A stretch of 64,000 nt of DNA from the human T2T-CHM13v2.0 reference genome, Homo sapiens. The stretch lies in the NCBI RefSeq assembly GCF_009914755.1, contig NC_060933.1; one strand, given 5' to 3'. Under the pieces are notes generated by a model. The model was not told the origin of the DNA. It saw only the letters and a list, made by a program, of their open reading frames with translations, and ran no database searches. Made by a program: the position numbers and the translations under genes. Shown here piece after piece: positions 1-13,600 of the stretch (position 1 is its first letter; every line of letters starts with the position of its first letter).

Positions 1-2150
1 CAACCCGAATGGAATGGAAAGGAATGGAATAAACCCGAGTGGAATGGCATGGAATGGAGTGGAATGGAATGGAATGGAATGGTACGGAAGAGAATGGAAT
101 GGAACGAAATGGAATGAAATGGAATAGAATGGAATGGAATGGAATGGAATGGAATGAACCCGTGAGCAATGGAATGGAATCGAATGGAATGGAATCGAAT
201 GGAATGGATTCAACTCGAATGGAATGGAAAGTAATGGAATCAACCCGAGTGGAATGGCATGGAATGGAATCGAATGGAATGGAAAGGAATGGAATCAACC
301 CGAGTGCAGAGGAATGGAATGGAATGGAAGGCAATGGATTGGAATGAAATGGAATGGCATGGAATGGAATGGAATCAACCCGAGTTCAATGGAATTGAAT
401 GGAATGGAATGGAATGGAATGGAATGGAATTAACTCGATTGCAAAGGAATGGAATGGAATGGAATGGAATGGAATGGAATGGAATGGAATGGAATGGAAT
501 TAACCCTAATAGAATGGAATGGAATGGAATAGAATGGAATGGAATGGAAGGGAATGGAATGGAATGGAATGGAATTAACCCGAATAGAATGGAATGGAAA
601 GGAATTGAATGGAATGGAATGGAATGGAATCAACTCGATTTCAATGGAATGGAATGGAATGGAATGGAATGGAATGGAATAGAATGGAATCCACCCGAGT
701 GCAGGGGAATGGAATGGAATAGAATGCAATGGAATGGAATCATACGGAATGGAATGGAATGGAATGGAATTGAATGGAATGGAAAGGAATGGAAACACCC
801 CGAATGGAATGGAATGTGATGGATTGTAAGGGAATTGAATAGAATCAATCCGAATGTAATGGAATTGAATGGAATGGAATGGAATGGAATGGAATGGAAT
901 GCAAAGGAATGGGATCAACCCGAGTGCAATGGAATGGAATCGAAAGGAATGGAATGGAATGGAAAGGCTTCACCCCGAATGGAATGGAAAGGAATGGAAT
1001 CAACCCGAGTTGAATGGAATGTAATGGAATGGAATGGAATGGAATGGAATGGAATGGAATGCAATGGAATGGAACAGAATGGAATCAACCCGATTGCAAT
1101 GAAACTGAATGGAATGGAATGGAATGGAATGGAATTAACCCAAATAGAATGGAATGGAATGGAATGGAATGGTATGGAATGGAATGCAACGGAATGGAAT
1201 GGAATGGAATTGAATAGAATCAACCCGGGTGCAGGGGAATGCAATTGAATGGAAGGCAATGGAATGCAATCATCCGAAATGGAATGGAATTGAATGGAAT
1301 GGAAAGGTTTCAACCCGAATGGAATGGAATGGAAAGGAATCAACCCGAGTGGAATGGCATGGAATGGAATGGAATGGAATGGAATGGAATGGAATGGAAT
1401 GGTATGGAATAGAATGGAATGGAACGAAATAGAATGGAAGGGAATGGAATGGAATGGAATGGAATCAACCCGACTGCAATGGAATGGAGTGGAATGGAAT
1501 GGAATGGAATGGAAACAACCCGAATGGAATGGAATGTAATGGAGTGTAAGGGAATTGAATACAATCAACACGAATGTAATGGAATGGAATGGAACGGAAT
1601 GGAATGGAATGGAATGGAATGGAATGGAATGGAATGGATTCAACCCAAATGGAATGGAAAGCAATGGAATCAACCCGAGTGGAATGGCATGGAACGGAAT
1701 GGAATGGAATGGTATGGAATAGAGTGGAATGGAAAGAAATGGAATGGAATGGAATGGAATGGAACGGAATGGAATGGAAAGGAATGGAATGGAATGGAAT
1801 GGAATAGAATGGAATGGAATGAAATGGAATGGAATGGAACGGAATGGAATGGAATCAATCCGAGTGGAATAGAAGGGAATGCAATCGAGTAGAATGGAAA
1901 GGAATGGAATCAACCAGAGTGGAATGGAAGGGAATGGAATGGAATGGAATGGAATGGAATGGAATGGAATGGAATGGAATCAAGTCGATTGCAATGGAAT
2001 GTAATGGAATGGAGTGGAATGGAATTAACGCGAATAGAATGGAATGGAATGGAATGGAATGGAATGGAATGGAATCAACCTGAGTGCAGGGGAATGGAAT
2101 GCAATGGAATGCAATGGAATGCAAAGGAATGGAATGGAATGGAATGGAAT
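1..2150 (+). repeat. More diverged HSat3 block with a different marker vocabulary
   Basis: Has GGTTTCAACCCG (~1306), GGCTTCACCCCG (~966) and CAATCCGAGTGGAATAGAAGGG (~1856). Lacks CTTCC, CAACTTGAA and the 1-bp register shifts that recur downstream. Confidence 0.55.
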
Positions 2151-4010
2151 CAACGCGAGTACAGGGGAATGGAATTTAATGGAATGCAATGGAATGGAAT
2201 CTTCCGGAATGGAATGGAATGGAATGGAATCAACCCGAGTGCAATGGAATGGAGAGGAATGGAATGGAATGGAATGGAACAACCCGAATGGAATCGAATG
2301 TAATGGAGAGTAAGGGAGTTGAATAGAATCAATCCGAATGTAATGGAATGGAATGTAACGGAATGGAATTGAATGGTATCGAATGGAATGCAATGGAATG
2401 GAATCAACCCGAGTGCAATGGAATGGAGAGGAATGGAATGGAATGGAATGGAAACTACCCGAATGGAATGGAATGTAATGGAGTGTAAGGGAATTGAATA
2501 GAATCAATCCGAATGTAATGGAATGGAATGGAACGGAATGGAATGGAATGGAATGGAATGGAATGGAATGGAATGGAATGGAATACAATGGAATGGAATC
2601 AACCCGAGTGCAATCGAATGGAATGGAATGGAATGGAATGCAATGGAATGGATTCAACTTGAATGGAATGGAAAGAATGGAATCAATACGAGTGGAATGG
2701 CATGGATTGGAATGGAATGGAATGGAATCAACCCGAGTACAGGGGAATGGAATGGAATGTAATGCAATGGAATGGAATCATCCGTAATGTAATGGAAAGG
2801 AATGGAATGGAATGGAATGGAATGGAATGGAATGGAATGGAATCAACTCGATAGCAATCGAATGGAATGGAATGGAATTAACCCAAATAGAATGGAATGG
2901 AATGGAATGGAACGGAACGGAATGGAATGCAATGGAATGGAATAGAATGGAATGGAACGGAACGGAACGGAATGGAATGGAATGGAATGGAATGGAATGG
3001 AAAAGAACGGAACGGAATGGAATGGATTGGAATGGAATGGAAAAGAACGGAACGGAATGGAATGGAATGGAATGGAATGGAATCAACGCGAGTGCAGGGG
3101 AATGGAATGGAATGGAATGCAATGGAATGGAATCTTCCGGAATGGAATGGAATGGAATGGAAGGGAATGGAATGGAATGGAATGGAATCAACCCGAGTGC
3201 AATGGAATGTAATGGAATGGAACAACACGAATGGAATGGAATGTAATGGAGAGTAAGGGAGTTGAATAGAATCAATCCGAATGTAATGGAATGGAATGGA
3301 ACGGAATGGAATTGAATGGAATGGAATGGAATGCAATGGAATGGAATCAACCCGAGTGCAATGGAATGGATAGGAATGGAATGGAATGGAATGGAAACTA
3401 CCCGAATGGAATGGAATGTAACGGAGTGTAAGGGAATTGAATAGAATCAATCCGAATGTAATGGAATCGAATGGAACGGAATGGATTGGAATGGAATGGA
3501 ATGGAATGGAATGCAATGGAATGGAATCAACCCGAGTGCAATCGAATGGAATCGAATGGAATGGAATAGAATGGAATGGATTCAACTTGAATGGAATGGA
3601 AAGAATGGAATCAACACGAGTGGAATGGCATGGATTGGAATGGAATGGAATGGAATCAACCCGAGTACAGGGGAATGGAATGGAATGGAATGCAATGGAA
3701 TGGAATCATCCGTAATGGAATGGAAAGGAATTGAATGGAATGGAATGGAATGGAATGGAATGGAATGGAATCAACTCGATTGCAATCGAATGGAATTAAA
3801 TGGAATTAACCCGAATAGAATAGAATGGAATGGAATGGAACGGAACGGAATGGAATGGAATGGAATGGAATGGAATGGAACGGAACGGAATGCAATGGAA
3901 TGGAATGGAATGGAATGGAATGGAATCAACGCGAGTGCAGGGGAATGGAATGGAATGGAATGCAATGGAATGGAATCTTCCGGAATGGAATGGAATGGAA
4001 TGGAATGGAA
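2150..4010 (+). repeat. ~0.9 kb basic module, two tandem diverged copies
   Basis: The same ordered motif string restarts at CAACGCGAGT 2151, 3084 and 3927. ORF-track pair 2494/3437 has offset 943. Confidence 0.65.
2597..2755 (+). repeat. pHuR98-like ~160 bp satellite III module (first of many copies)
   Basis: AATCAACCCGAGTGCAATCG ... TTCAACTTGAA ... CAACACGAG ... GGCATGGATTGG ... CCGAGTACAGGGGAATGG. This matches my recollection of the chromosome 9 SatIII RT-PCR primer target; not checked against a database. Confidence 0.5.
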
Positions 4011-4149
4011 TAGAATGGAATGGAATCAACTCGATTGCAATCGAATGGAATGGAATGGAATTAACCCGAATAGAATGGAATGGAATGGAATGGAACGGAA
4101 TGTAATGGAATGGAATTGAATGGAATGGAATGGAATGGAATGGAAAGGA

Positions 4150-6760
4150 AAGGAATGGAATGGAATGGAATGGAATGGAATCAACTCAAGTGCAGGGGAA
4201 TGGATTGGAATGGAATGCAATGGAATGGAATCTTCCGGAATGGAATGGAATGGAATGGAATGGAATGAAATTCAATGGGTTCAACTCGATTGCAATGGAA
4301 TGGAATAGAATGGAATGGAATGGAATGGAATGGAATTAATTCGAATAGAATGGAATGGAATGTAATGGAACGGAATGGAACGGAATGGAATGGAATGGAA
4401 TGGAATGGTATGGAATGGAATGGAATGGTACGGAATAGAATGGAATGGAATGAATTGTAACGGAATGGAATTGAATGGAATGGAATGGAATGGAATGGAA
4501 TCAACGCGAGTGCAGGGGAATGTAATGGAACGGAATGCAATGGAATGGAATCATCCGCAATGGAATGGAATGGAAGGGAATGGAATGGAATCAACCCGAG
4601 TGCAATGGAATGGAGTGGAATGGAATGGAATGGAATGGAACAACCCGAATGGAATGGAATGTAATGGAGAGTAAGGGAGTTGAATAGAATCAATCCGAAT
4701 GTAATGGAATGGAATGCAACGGAATGGAATGGAATGGAATGGAATGGAATGCAATGGAATTGAATCAACCCGAGTACAATGGAATGGAATGGAATGGAAT
4801 GGAATGGAATGGAATGGAATGGAATGATACGGAATAGAATGGAATGCAACGAAATGGAATGGAATGGAATGGAATGGAATGGAATGGAATCGTTCCGAGT
4901 GGAATAGGAGGGAATGTATTCGAGTGGAATGGAAAGGAATGGAATCAACCAGAGTGGAATGGAAGGGAATGGAATGGAATGGAAACTAATAGAATGGAAT
5001 CAACCCGAGAGGAATGGAATGGAAAAGACTGGAATGGAATGGAATGGAATGGAATCAACTCGATTGTAATGGAATGGAATGGAATGGAATGGAATTAACC
5101 CGAATAGAATGGAATGGAATGGAATGGTATGGAATGGAATGGAACGAAAAGGAAGGGAATGGAATGGAATAGAATGGAATGGAATGGAATCAACGCGAGT
5201 GCAGGGGAATGGAATGGAATGGAATGCAATGGAATGGAATCTTCAGGAATGGAATGGAATGGAATGGAATGGAATGGAATGGAATCAACCCGAGTGCAAT
5301 GGAATGGAGTGGAATGTAATGGAATGGAATGGAATGGAACAACCCGAATGGAATGGAATTTAATGGAGAGTAAGGGAGTTGAATAGAATGAATCCGAATG
5401 TAATGGAATGGAATGGAACGGAACGGAACGGAATGGAATGGAATGGAATGGAATGGAATGGAATGGAATCAACTCGAGTGAAGGGGAATGGATTGGAATG
5501 GAATGCAATGGAATGGAATCTTCCGGAATGGAATGGAAAGGAATGGAATGGAATGAAATGCAATGGGTTCAACTCGATTGCAATGGAATGGAATAGAATG
5601 GAATGGAATGGAATGGAATTAATTCGAATAGAATGGAATGGAATGTAATGGAACGGAATGGAACGGAATGGAATGGAATGGAATGGAATGGTATGGAACG
5701 GAATGGAATGGTACGGAATAGAATGGAATGGAACGAATTGTAATGGAATGGAATTGAATGGAATGGAATGGAATGGAATGGAATCAACGCGAGTGCAGGG
5801 GAATGTAATGGAACGGAATGCAATGGAATGGAATCATCCGCAATGGAATGGAATGGAATGGAATGGAATGGAATAGAATCAACCCGAGTGCAATGGAATG
5901 GAGTGGAATGGAATGGAATGGAATGGAACAACCCGAATGGAATGGAACGTAATGGAGAGTAAGGGAGTTGAATAGAATCAATCCGAATGTAATGGAATGG
6001 AATGCAACGGAATGGAATGGAATGGAATGGAATGGAATGGAATGCAATGGAATTGAATCAACCCGAGTACAATGGAATGGAATGGAATGGAATGGAATGG
6101 AAGGGAATGGAATGGAATGGAATGATACGGAATAGAATGGAATGGAACGAAATGGAATGAAATGGAATGGAATGGAATGGAATGGAATGGAATGGAATGG
6201 AATGGAATGGAATCGTTCCGAGTGGAATAGGAGGGAATGTATTCGAGTGGAATGGAAAGGAATGGAATCAACCAGAGTGGAATGGAAGGGAATGGAATGG
6301 AATGGAAACTAATAGAATGGAATCAACCCGAGAGGAATGGAATGGAAAAGACTGGAATGGAATGGAATGGAATGGAATCAACTCGATTGTAATGGAATGG
6401 AATGGAATGGAATGGAATTAACCCGAATAGAATGGAATGGAATGGAATGGAATGGAATGGAATGGAACGAAAAGGAAGGGAATGGAATGGAATAGAATGG
6501 AATGGAATGGAATCAACGCGAGTCCAGGGGAATGGAATGGAATGGAATGCAGTGGAATGGAATCTTCCGGAACGGAATGGAATGGAATGGAATGGAATTT
6601 AATGGAATAGAATGGAATCAACCCGAGTGCAATGGAATGGAGTGGAATGGAATGGAATGGAATGGAACAACCCGAATGGAATGGAATGTAATGGAGAGTA
6701 AGGGAGTTGAATAGAATCAATCCGAATGTAATGGAATGGAATGGAACGGAATGGAATTGA
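4150..6760 (+). repeat. ~1.3 kb tandem duplication
   Basis: Shared rare markers: ATGGGTTCAAC (~4275/5563), TTAATTCGAA, CATCCGCAAT (4552/5835), CGTTCCGAG (4891/6214), GGAAAAGACT (5021/6344). Offsets 1283-1330. ORF pairs 4844/6167 and 5079/6402 have offset 1323. Confidence 0.85.
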
Positions 6761-7539
6761 ATGGAATGGAATGGAATGCAATGGAATGGAATCAACCCGA
6801 GTGCAATGGAATGGAGAGGAATGGAATGGAATGGAATGGAAACTACCCGAATGGAATGGAATGTAATGGAGTCTAAGGGAATTGAATAGAATCAATCCGA
6901 ATGTAATGGAATGGAATGGAACGGAATGGAATGGAATGGAATGGAATGGAATGGAATGCAGTGGAATGGAATCAACCTGAGTTCAATCGAATGGAATCGA
7001 ATGGAATGGAATGCAATGGAATGGATTCAACTTGAATGGAATGGAAAGAATGGAATCAACACGAGTGGAATGGCATGGATTGGAATGGAATGGAATGGAA
7101 TCAACCCGAGTACAGCGGAATGGAATGGAATGGAATGCAATGGAATGGAATCATCCATAATGGAATGGAAAGGAATGGAATGGAATGGAATGGAATGGAA
7201 TGGAATGGAATCAACTCGATTGCAATCGAATGGAATGGAGTGGAATTAACCCGAATAGAATGGAATGGAATGGAATGGAACGGAACGGAACGGAATGGAA
7301 TGGAATGGAATGGAATGGAACGGAAAGGAAGGGAATGGAATGGAATAGAATGGAATGGAATGGAATCAACGCGAGTGCAGGGGAATGGAATGGAATGGAA
7401 TGCAATGGAATGGAATCTTCCGGAATGGAATGGAATGGAATGGAATGGAATTGAATGGAATCAACCCGATTGCAATGGAATGGAGTGGAATGGAATGGAA
7501 TGGAATGGAACAACCCGAATGGAATGGAATGTAATGGAG

Positions 7540-10500
7540 AGTAAGGGAGTTGAATAGAATCAATCCGAATGTAATGGAATGGAATGCAACGGAATGGAAT
7601 GGAATGGAATGGAAAGGAATGCAATGGAATTGAATCAACCAGAGCACAGTGGAATGGAATGGAATGGAATGGAATGGAATGGAATGGAATGATACGGAAT
7701 AGAATGGAATGGAACGAAATGGAATGGAATGGAATGGAATGGAATGGAATGGAATGGAATGGAATGGAATGGAATCAACCCGAGTGCAGGGGAATGGAAT
7801 GGAATGGAATGCAAAGGAATGGAATCATCCGGAATGGAATGGAATGGAATGGAATGCAAAGCAATGGAATCAACTCGATTGCAATGGAATGGAATGGAAT
7901 GGAAAGGAATACATTGGAATCAACCCGAGTGGAATGGAATGGAAAGGACTGGAATGGAGTGGAATGGAATGGAATGGAATGGAATGGAATCAACTCGATT
8001 GGAATGGAATGGAATGGAATGGAATTAACCCGAATAGAATGGAATGGAATGGAATGGAACGGAACGGAATGGAATGGAATGGAATGGAATGGAATGGAAT
8101 GGTATCAACCCGACTGAAGGGGAATGGAATGGAATGGAATGCAATGGAATGGATTCAACTTGAATGGAATGGAAAGAATGGAATCAACACGAGTGGAATG
8201 GCATGGATTGGAATGGAATGGAATGGAATCAACCCGAGTACAGGGGAATGGAATGAAATGGAATGCAATGGAATGGAATCATCCGTAATGGAATGGAAAG
8301 GAGTGGAATGGAATGGAATGGAATGGAATGGAATGGAATGGAATCAACTCGATTGCAATCGAATGGAATGGAATGGAATTAACCCGAATAGAATGGAATG
8401 GAATGGAATGGAACGGAACGGAACGGAACGGAACGGAGTGGAATGGAATGGAATGGAATTGTATGGAATGGAATGGCATGGTACGGAATAGAATGGAATG
8501 GACAGAATTGGAATGGAATGGAATCGAATGGAATGGAATGGAATGGAATGGAATCAACCCGAGTGCAATGGAATGGAGTGGAATGGAATGGAATGGAATG
8601 GAACAACCCGAATGGAATGGAATGTAATGGAGAGTAAGGGAGTTGAATAGAATCAATCCGAATGTAATGGAATGAAACGGAATGGAATGGAATGGAATGA
8701 AATGGAATGGAATGGAATGGAATGGAATGGAATGGAATGCACTGGAATGGAATCAACCCGAGTACAATGGAACGGAATGGAATGTAATGTAATGTAATGT
8801 AATGGAATGGAATGGAATGGAATGGAATGGAATGGAATGGAATGGAATGGAATCAACCCGAGTGCAATGGAATGGAGAGGAATGGAATGGAATGGAATGG
8901 AAACTACCCGAATGGAATGGAATGTAATGGAGTGTAAGGGAATTAAATAGAATCAATCCGAATGGAATGGAATGGAATGGAACGAAATGTAATGGAATGG
9001 AATGGAATGGAATCAACCCGAGTGCAGGGGAATGGAATGGAATGGAATGCAATGGAATGGAATCATCCGGAATGGAATGGAATGGAATGCAATGGAATGG
9101 AATGGAATGGAATCAACCCGAGTGCAATGGAATGGAGTGAAATGGAATGGAATGGAATGGAAACAACCAGAATGGATTGGAATATAATGGAGTGTAAGGG
9201 AATTGAATAGAATCAATCTGAATGTAATGAAATGGAATGGAACGGAATGGAATGGAATGGAATGGAATGGAGTGGAATGGAATGCAATGGAATGGAATCA
9301 ACCCGAGTGCAATCGAATGGAATCGAATGGAATGGAATGCAATGGAATGGATTCAACTTGAATGGAAAGGAAAGAATGGAATCAACACGAGTGGAATGGC
9401 ATGGATTGGAATGGAATGGAATGGAATCAACCCGAGTACAGGGAAATGGAATGGAATGGAAAGCAATGGAATGGAATCATCCGTAATGGAATGGAAAGGA
9501 ATGGAAAGGACTGGAGTGGAATGGAATGGAATGGAATGGAATGGAATCAACTCGATTGTAATGGAATGGAATGGAATGGAATGCAATGGAATGGAATTAA
9601 CCCGAATACAATGGAATGGAATGGAATGGAACGGAATGGAGTGGAATGGAATGGAATCAACCCGAGTGCAGGAGAATGGAATGGAATGGAATGCAATGGA
9701 ATGGAATCATCCGGAATGGAATGGAATGGAATGGAATGCAAAGCAATGGAATCAACTCGATTGCAATGGAATGGAATGGAATGGAAAGGAATACATTGGA
9801 ATCAACCCGAGTGGAATGGAATGGAAAGGACTGGAATGGAGTGGAATGGAATGAAATGGAATGGAATGGAATCAACTCGATTGGAATGGAATGGAATGGA
9901 ATGGAATGGAATTAACCCGAATAGAATGGAATGGAATGGAATGGAACGGAACGGAATGGAATTGAATGGAATGGAATGGAATGGAATGGAATGGAAACAA
10001 CCCGACAGCAGGGGAATGGAATGGAATGGAATGCAATGGAATGGAATCATCCGTAATGGAATGGAAAGGAATGGAATGGAATGGAATGGAATGGAATGGA
10101 ATCAACTCGATTGCAATCGAACGGAATGGAATGGAATTAACCCGAATAGAATGGAATGGAATGGAATGGAACGGAACGGAACGGAATGGAATGGATTGGA
10201 ATGGAATGGAATGGAATGGAATGGAACGGAATGGAATGGAATGGAATGGAATGGGATGGAATGGAATGGAATCAACGCGAGTGCAGGGGAATGGAATGGA
10301 ATGGAATGCAATGGAATGGAATCTTCCGGAATGGAATGGAATGGAATGGAATGGAAAGGAATGGAATGGAATAAACCCGAGTGCAATGGAATGGAGTGGA
10401 ATGGAATGGAATGGAATGGAACAACCCGAATGGAATGGAATGTAATGGAGAGTAAGGGAGTTGAATAGAATCAATCCGAATGTAATGGAATGGAATGGAA

Positions 10501-13500
10501 CGGAATGGAATTGAATGGAATGGAATGGAATGGAATGGAATGGAATCAACCCGAGTTCAATGGAATGGAGAGGAATGGAATGGAATGGAATGGAAACTAC
10601 CCGAATGGAATGGAATGTAATGGAGTCTAAGGGAATTGAATAGAATCAATCCGAATGTAATGGAATGGAATGGAACGGAATGGAATGGAATGGAATGGAA
10701 TGGAATGGAATGGAATGCAGTGGAATGGAATCAACCCGAGTGCAATCGAATGGAATCGAATGGAATGGAATGCAATGGAATGGATTCAACTTGAATGGAA
10801 TGGAAAGAATGGAATCAACACGAGTGGAATGGCATGGATTGGAATGTAATGGAATGGAATCAACCCGAGTACAGCGGAATGGAATGGAATGGAATGCAAT
10901 GGAATGGAATCATCCGTAATGGAATGGAAAGGAATGGAATGGAATGGAATGGAATGGAATGGAATCAACTCGATTGCAATCGAATGGAATGGAGTGGAAT
11001 TAACCCGAATAGAATGGAATGGAATGGAATGGAAAGGAACCGAACGGAATGGAATGGAATGGAATGGAATGGAACGGAAAGGAAGGGAATGGAATGGAAT
11101 AGAATGGAATGGAATGGAATCAACGCGAGTGCAGGGGAATGGAATGGAATGGAATGGAATGGAATGGAATGGAATGGAATGGAATCAACCCGAGTGCAAT
11201 GGAATGGAGTGGAATGGAATGGAATGGAATGGAACAACCCGAATGGAATGGAATGTAATGGAGAGTAATGGAGTTGAATAGAATCAATCCGAATGTAATG
11301 GAATGGAACGGAATGGAATGGAATGGAATGGAATGGAATGGAATGGAATGCAATGGAATGGAATCAACCCGAGTACAATGGAACGGAATGGAATGGAATG
11401 TAATGGAATGGAATGGAATGGAATGGAATGGAATGGAATGGAATGGAATGGAATGGAATCAACCCGAGTGCAATGGAATGGAGAGGAATGGAATGGAATG
11501 GAATGGAAACTACCCGAATGGAATGGAATGTAATGGAGCGTAAGGGAATTGAATAGAATCAATCCGAATGGAATGGAATGGAATGGAACGGAATGTAATG
11601 GAATGGAATGAAATGGAATCAACCCGAGTGCAGGCGAATGGAATGGAATGGAATGCAATGGAATGGAATCATCCGGAATGGAATCGAATGGAATGCAATG
11701 GAATGGAATGGAATGGAATGGAATCAACCCGAGTGCAATGGAATGGAGTGAAATGGAATGGAATGGAATGGAAACAACCAGAATGGATTGGAATATATTG
11801 GAGTGTAAGGGAATTGAATAGAATCAATCTGAATGTAATGAAATGGAATGGAACGGAATGGAATGGAATGGAATGGAATTCAATGGAATGGTATCAACCC
11901 GAGTGCAATCGAATGGAATCGAATGGAATGGAATGCAATGGAATGGATTCAACTTGAATGGAAAGGAAAGAATGGAATCAACACGAGTGGAATGGCATGG
12001 ATTGGAATGGAATGGAATGGAATCAACCCGAGTACAGGGGAATGGAATGGAATGGAATGCAATAGAATGGAATCATCAGTAATGGAATGGAAAGGAATGG
12101 AAAGGACTGGAATGGAATGGAATGTAATGGAATGGAATGGAATCAACTCGATTGCAATCGAATGGTATGGAATGGAATGGAATCAACTCGATTGCAATCG
12201 AATGGAATGGAATGGAATTAACCCGAATAGAATGGAATGGAATGGTATGGAACGGAACGGAATGGAATGGAATGGAATGGAACGGAAAGGAATGGAATGG
12301 AATGGAATGGAATGGAATGGAATGGAATGGAATGGAATGGAATCAACGCGCGTGCAGGGGAATGGAATGGAATCGAATGGAATGGAAAGGAATGGAATGG
12401 AATCAACCCGAGTGCAGGGGAATGTAATGGAACGGAATGCAATGGAATGGAATCATCCGGAATGGAATGGAATGGAATCAACCCGAGTGCAATGGAATGG
12501 AGTGGAATGGAATGGAATGGAATGGAACAACCCGAATGGAATGGAATGTAATGGAGAGTAAGGGAGTTGAAAAGAATCAATCCGAATGTAATGGAATGGA
12601 ATGGAACGGAATGGAATGGAATGGAATGGAATGCAATGGAATGGAATCAACCCGAGTACAATGGAATGGAATGGAATGGAATGGAATGGAATGGAATGGA
12701 ATGGAATGGAATGCAATGGAATGGAATCTTCCGGAATGGAATGGAATTGAATGGAATGGAATGCAATGGATTCAACTCGATTGCAATGGAATGGAATAGA
12801 ATGGAATGGAATGGAATGGAATGGAATGGAATGGAATTAAACCGAATAGAATGGAATGGAATGGAATGGAACGGAACAGAACGGAAAGGAACGGAACGGA
12901 GTGGAATGGAATGGAATGGAATTGTATGGAATGGAATGGAATGGTACGGAATAGAATGAATGGAAAGAATTGGAATGGAATGGAATCGAATGGAATGGAA
13001 TGGAATGGAATGGAATCAACCCGAGTGCAAGGGAATGTAATGGAACGGAATGCAATGGAATGGAATCATCCGGAATGGAATGGAATGGAATGGAGTGGAA
13101 TGGAATGGAATGGAATGGAACAACCCGAATGGAATGGAATGGAATGGAGAGTAAGGGAGCTGAATAGAATCAATCCGAATGTAATGGAATGGAACGGAAT
13201 GGAATGGAATGGAATGGAATGGAATGGAATGGAATGCAATGGAATGGAATCAACCCGAGTACAAAGGAACGGAATGGAATGTAATGTAATGTAATGGAAT
13301 GGAATGGAATGGAATGGAATGGAATGGAATCAACCCGAGTGCAATGGAATGGAGAGGAATGGAATGGAATGGAATGCAATGGAATGGAATCATCCGGAAT
13401 GGAATGGAATGGAAAGGAATGCAAACCAATGGAATCAACTCGATTGCAATGGAATGGAATGGAATGGAAAGGAATACATTGGAATCAACCCGAGTGGAAT

Positions 13501-13600
13501 GGAAAGGAAAGGACTGGAATGGAGTGGAATGGAATGGAATGGAATGGAATGGAATGGAATCAACTCGATTGGAATGGAATGGAATGGAATGGAATGGAAT
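7540..13600 (+). repeat. Copy 1 of a ~6 kb block repeated at ~8.0-8.1 kb offset
   Basis: ORF pairs 7775/15771 and 8313/16309 (7996), 9232/17208 (7976), 11843/19963 (8120), 12437/20552 (8115). Private markers GAGCACAGT, GCACTGG, CAGGAGA, CAGGCGAAT, CAACGCGCGT and TACAAAGG are present in both copies. Confidence 0.9.

Noticed and set aside
4886-4896. GGAATCGTTCC mini-hairpin or HSE in the CGTTCCGAG module
   Set aside because: The stem is only 4 bp, and GAA-TTC spacing is 3 nt, which does not fit the 2 nt HSE spacing.
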